Below the pieces are notes generated by a model. That model made no database searches, had not been told where the DNA came from, and worked only from the letters and a program-made list of their open reading frames with translations. A stretch of 64,000 nt of DNA from contig NW_003314351.1 of the NCBI RefSeq assembly GCF_000143415.4, positions 711,828 to 775,827 on the forward strand. Direction: 5' to 3'. The DNA comes from Selaginella moellendorffii. Its lineage: Eukaryota; Plantae; Lycopodiophyta. Below are positions 61,729-64,000 of the stretch, one piece after another (position 1 is the stretch's first letter; the number at the start of each line of letters is the position of its first letter). The translations under genes were made by a program, and so were the position numbers.

Positions 61729-62314
61729 GTAGCATTTTCTCTTTTTTATTTTGTAGTTGTAAGATCCAGTTTTGACTGTGTTTTTTCTCTTTTCTCTCCA
61801 GTTGCAGGGGATTGCCATGAGCATCAAGGGCAGAGCCTAGGATCTGCGTTGGTTGGCTCTGGGATCACATTGCTTCTGGACACGTTTAGTTTATGAGAGA
61901 ATGATGGCAACTGTGTTAAAATCAAATAAATTGCGAAGTTCACATTTCTGATGTTGTGGTTGAAGGGGATGTTATTTCCTCTGATCACTTGTCACAATAT
62001 TTCCCAGAATCTTAAAACGGTTATGAAAACGAAGTATGATGGCTTTTCACATATCTGAGGGTTTTATGTTGTCACTGCACAGCATTGGGAATGAAAGACG
62101 GAGAGTGAGCTCCTTGAAAAAACCGTTTTCTTAAATTTGGTACACAAATCTTTTGTTTTAGATACACCATTGTTGCTTGATTCTTCATTTATGTTAAGTT
62201 TCTTTCTTGCAGGTGGAGACATTCGGATGAATTCTGGCGTTTATAGGTACCTAGGTACCAAAAAGAAAATTCTATGTTTGCAGCATTTACAACCATCCTT
62301 TCTTTGTGATTACA

Positions 62315-62563
62315 GAACTCCATGGCGGCAGCTGCAGTGCCGAGCTGCGTGATGGCCGCCAGCATCGCATTCTACAGCACGACGCTGCAGTGCAGCAATC
62401 TGCTCGGAATGGAATCAAAGACACGCCGCGCATCGTCAAGATGCCCGTGCTGGGCATATGCCACGATCATCACGCTCCAGGACGCCAGAACCAAGTGATC
62501 GATCTGGTGGAAGATCATCCTTGCGCTTTGGAGATCCCCATTATCCGCGAACGCCTGGAGCAG
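62315..62563 (-). pseudogene. PLS-class pentatricopeptide repeat gene fragment
   Basis: LLQAFADNGDLQSARMIFHQ..SWSVMIVAYAQHGHLDDARRVFDSIP..*NAMLAA; a TAG sits where W is expected. Confidence 0.85.
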
Positions 62564-64000
62564 AAACTCTGACTCTTACTTGTACGGTATCGCATTAAAA
62601 AAATATTCTGTGTTTGCAGCTTTTACAACCATCCTTTCTTTGTGATTACAGAGTGGGACCTCTTTTTTTTCAGAAAAAAGCTTGATTTTTCACTTATGTT
62701 AAGTTTCTTTTTCGCAGGTGGAGACATTTGTATGATTTTAGTGTTTACAGGTACCAAAAAAATAATTTTTTGTTTGCAGCATTTACAACCATCCTTTCTT
62801 TGTGATTACAGATTTGGGACCTCTAATTTTTTCAGAAAAAGTCGGTGTATGATTTTGGGATACAGGAAATTATCGTGTTTTTTATGTTTTGCTATCAGCG
62901 CTGAAGCAAGTTCTTGTGAAGCAAGTTCAGGGTATGTTTTTGTGTCATAGCTTTTAATGGTGGTATAATGGCTCTCTGGAAATACAATTGTAGAGCCGAT
63001 TTTATGTTACAGGTAAGTCGGAAACACAGCAGCAGCAGCAGCACCATCACCAGCTAGATGCATTAAAATAAAATAAACGATAGATGATGAGAAAACGCAG
63101 TTGCAAAAGAAATGCTCGGAATTGTTGCCGAGTGATAAAAAAAACACCACAGATGCAGGTTAGTATGCATGTCCTTTCAAAAAAGTTCCTTATGTTAATT
63201 AACAGATAGATGCATGAAAATTAACAGATAGACTTCCTTGCCAGATTGTCCACCAAGCCATTTTGCTGTGGAGAAGCAAAAAGTTATCTTTACAGTTAAA
63301 GCTACACTAATTTTTTGAGTTTGACAAAGATGCAGAGCACAAGATGGAGGCTTTAACTGATGCAACCTCAAATATGTCGAAAATGCAAGAGAGTGCTCGA
63401 ACGATACAGGTATTGCTCAAAAGAAAAAAACAATGTGCTGCTTCTCCAGGTACTCTAACATTCAAGTGAATCCAAGGTGCCTTGCGAGGTTTCTCCAGTC
63501 CAGTGAAGCTAATCAATGGCCTCGTGATCAATACAACAGAAACCAGTGAGCTTTGTTTTTTAAAAAAAGGACTAACATTGTGATGGTTCTTCAGGCATGT
63601 GTTTTGCATTCTAGCAAATCCAGGATGGCTGTTTATTGCAAGTCACACACACCTCACAGATGCACAGTAAGTTTTTCTAGCACACACTCACTCGCTAATG
63701 CATCCCATCTCTGTGGGCGTGTGTCTGAAACCAGAGAGATGGCCACAGAGATGGGATGTGGCCGTGTGTTTGAATCCAACTGTGTTTCAGGGAAGAGGAA
63801 CGTTAGCTCCAAAAAAAGAAAAAAAAAACGAGCAAAAGGCCCTTCCTGTCTGTCATTTTTGGAACAGTTCGACAGTGACACTGATGAAAGTGAAGTGACA
63901 GTTGGTATGGTTTGGCAGCTTCAATAAAATCCACTAAAAGATGAGAGGTCAATGGTGGATGATGAACGGGTAAGGAATCCTTGAGTTGGATTTAATGAAC

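Larger units (their letters stand above)
60348..64000 (+). mobile_element. Helitron-like element with captured fragments (extends beyond the window)
   Basis: Starts TCTTTCTATATTTAAAA directly after CTAG; 61095-62010 is a near-identical inverted copy of 39267-40220. Confidence 0.6.

Noticed and set aside
62306-62572. 88-aa plus-strand ORF
   Set aside because: The meaningful frame is the PPR fragment on the minus strand.

Overview
Eukaryotic, transposon-saturated plant DNA with no intact host gene. Captured WDR63/IC140 dynein exons, a PLS-class PPR fragment and ~30-55 bp introns suggest a seed-free land plant such as Selaginella (inference). The window is a nest of Ty3/Gypsy LTR retroelements: three LTR families (A, B, C), three TSD-flanked solo LTRs and a 7.3-kb non-coding LARD-like element. 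It also holds 5S-rRNA-containing Cassandra-like TRIMs and Helitron-like elements carrying gene fragments. The standout is a 14,956-bp DNA transposon (13491-28446; perfect 20-bp TIRs, AAAG 4-bp TSD) that splits a Gypsy pol gene. It encodes a Sola1/DUF7869-type DDD transposase on the minus strand. Divergently, it carries a large spliced cargo gene with a ParB/Srx-like domain, a degenerate amino-methyltransferase-like segment, acidic low-complexity regions and an FCP1-like HAD phosphatase. More than 20 copies of a 22-bp palindrome (ATGGCRTG-N6-CAYGCCAT) are spread along this element, often inside very short introns, and I saw none outside it. Together these suggest a transposon-encoded ParB/parS-like self-recognition system. 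This copy is pseudogenised by in-frame stops consistent with C-to-T changes. All protein family calls are from motif recognition by eye; no searches were run.
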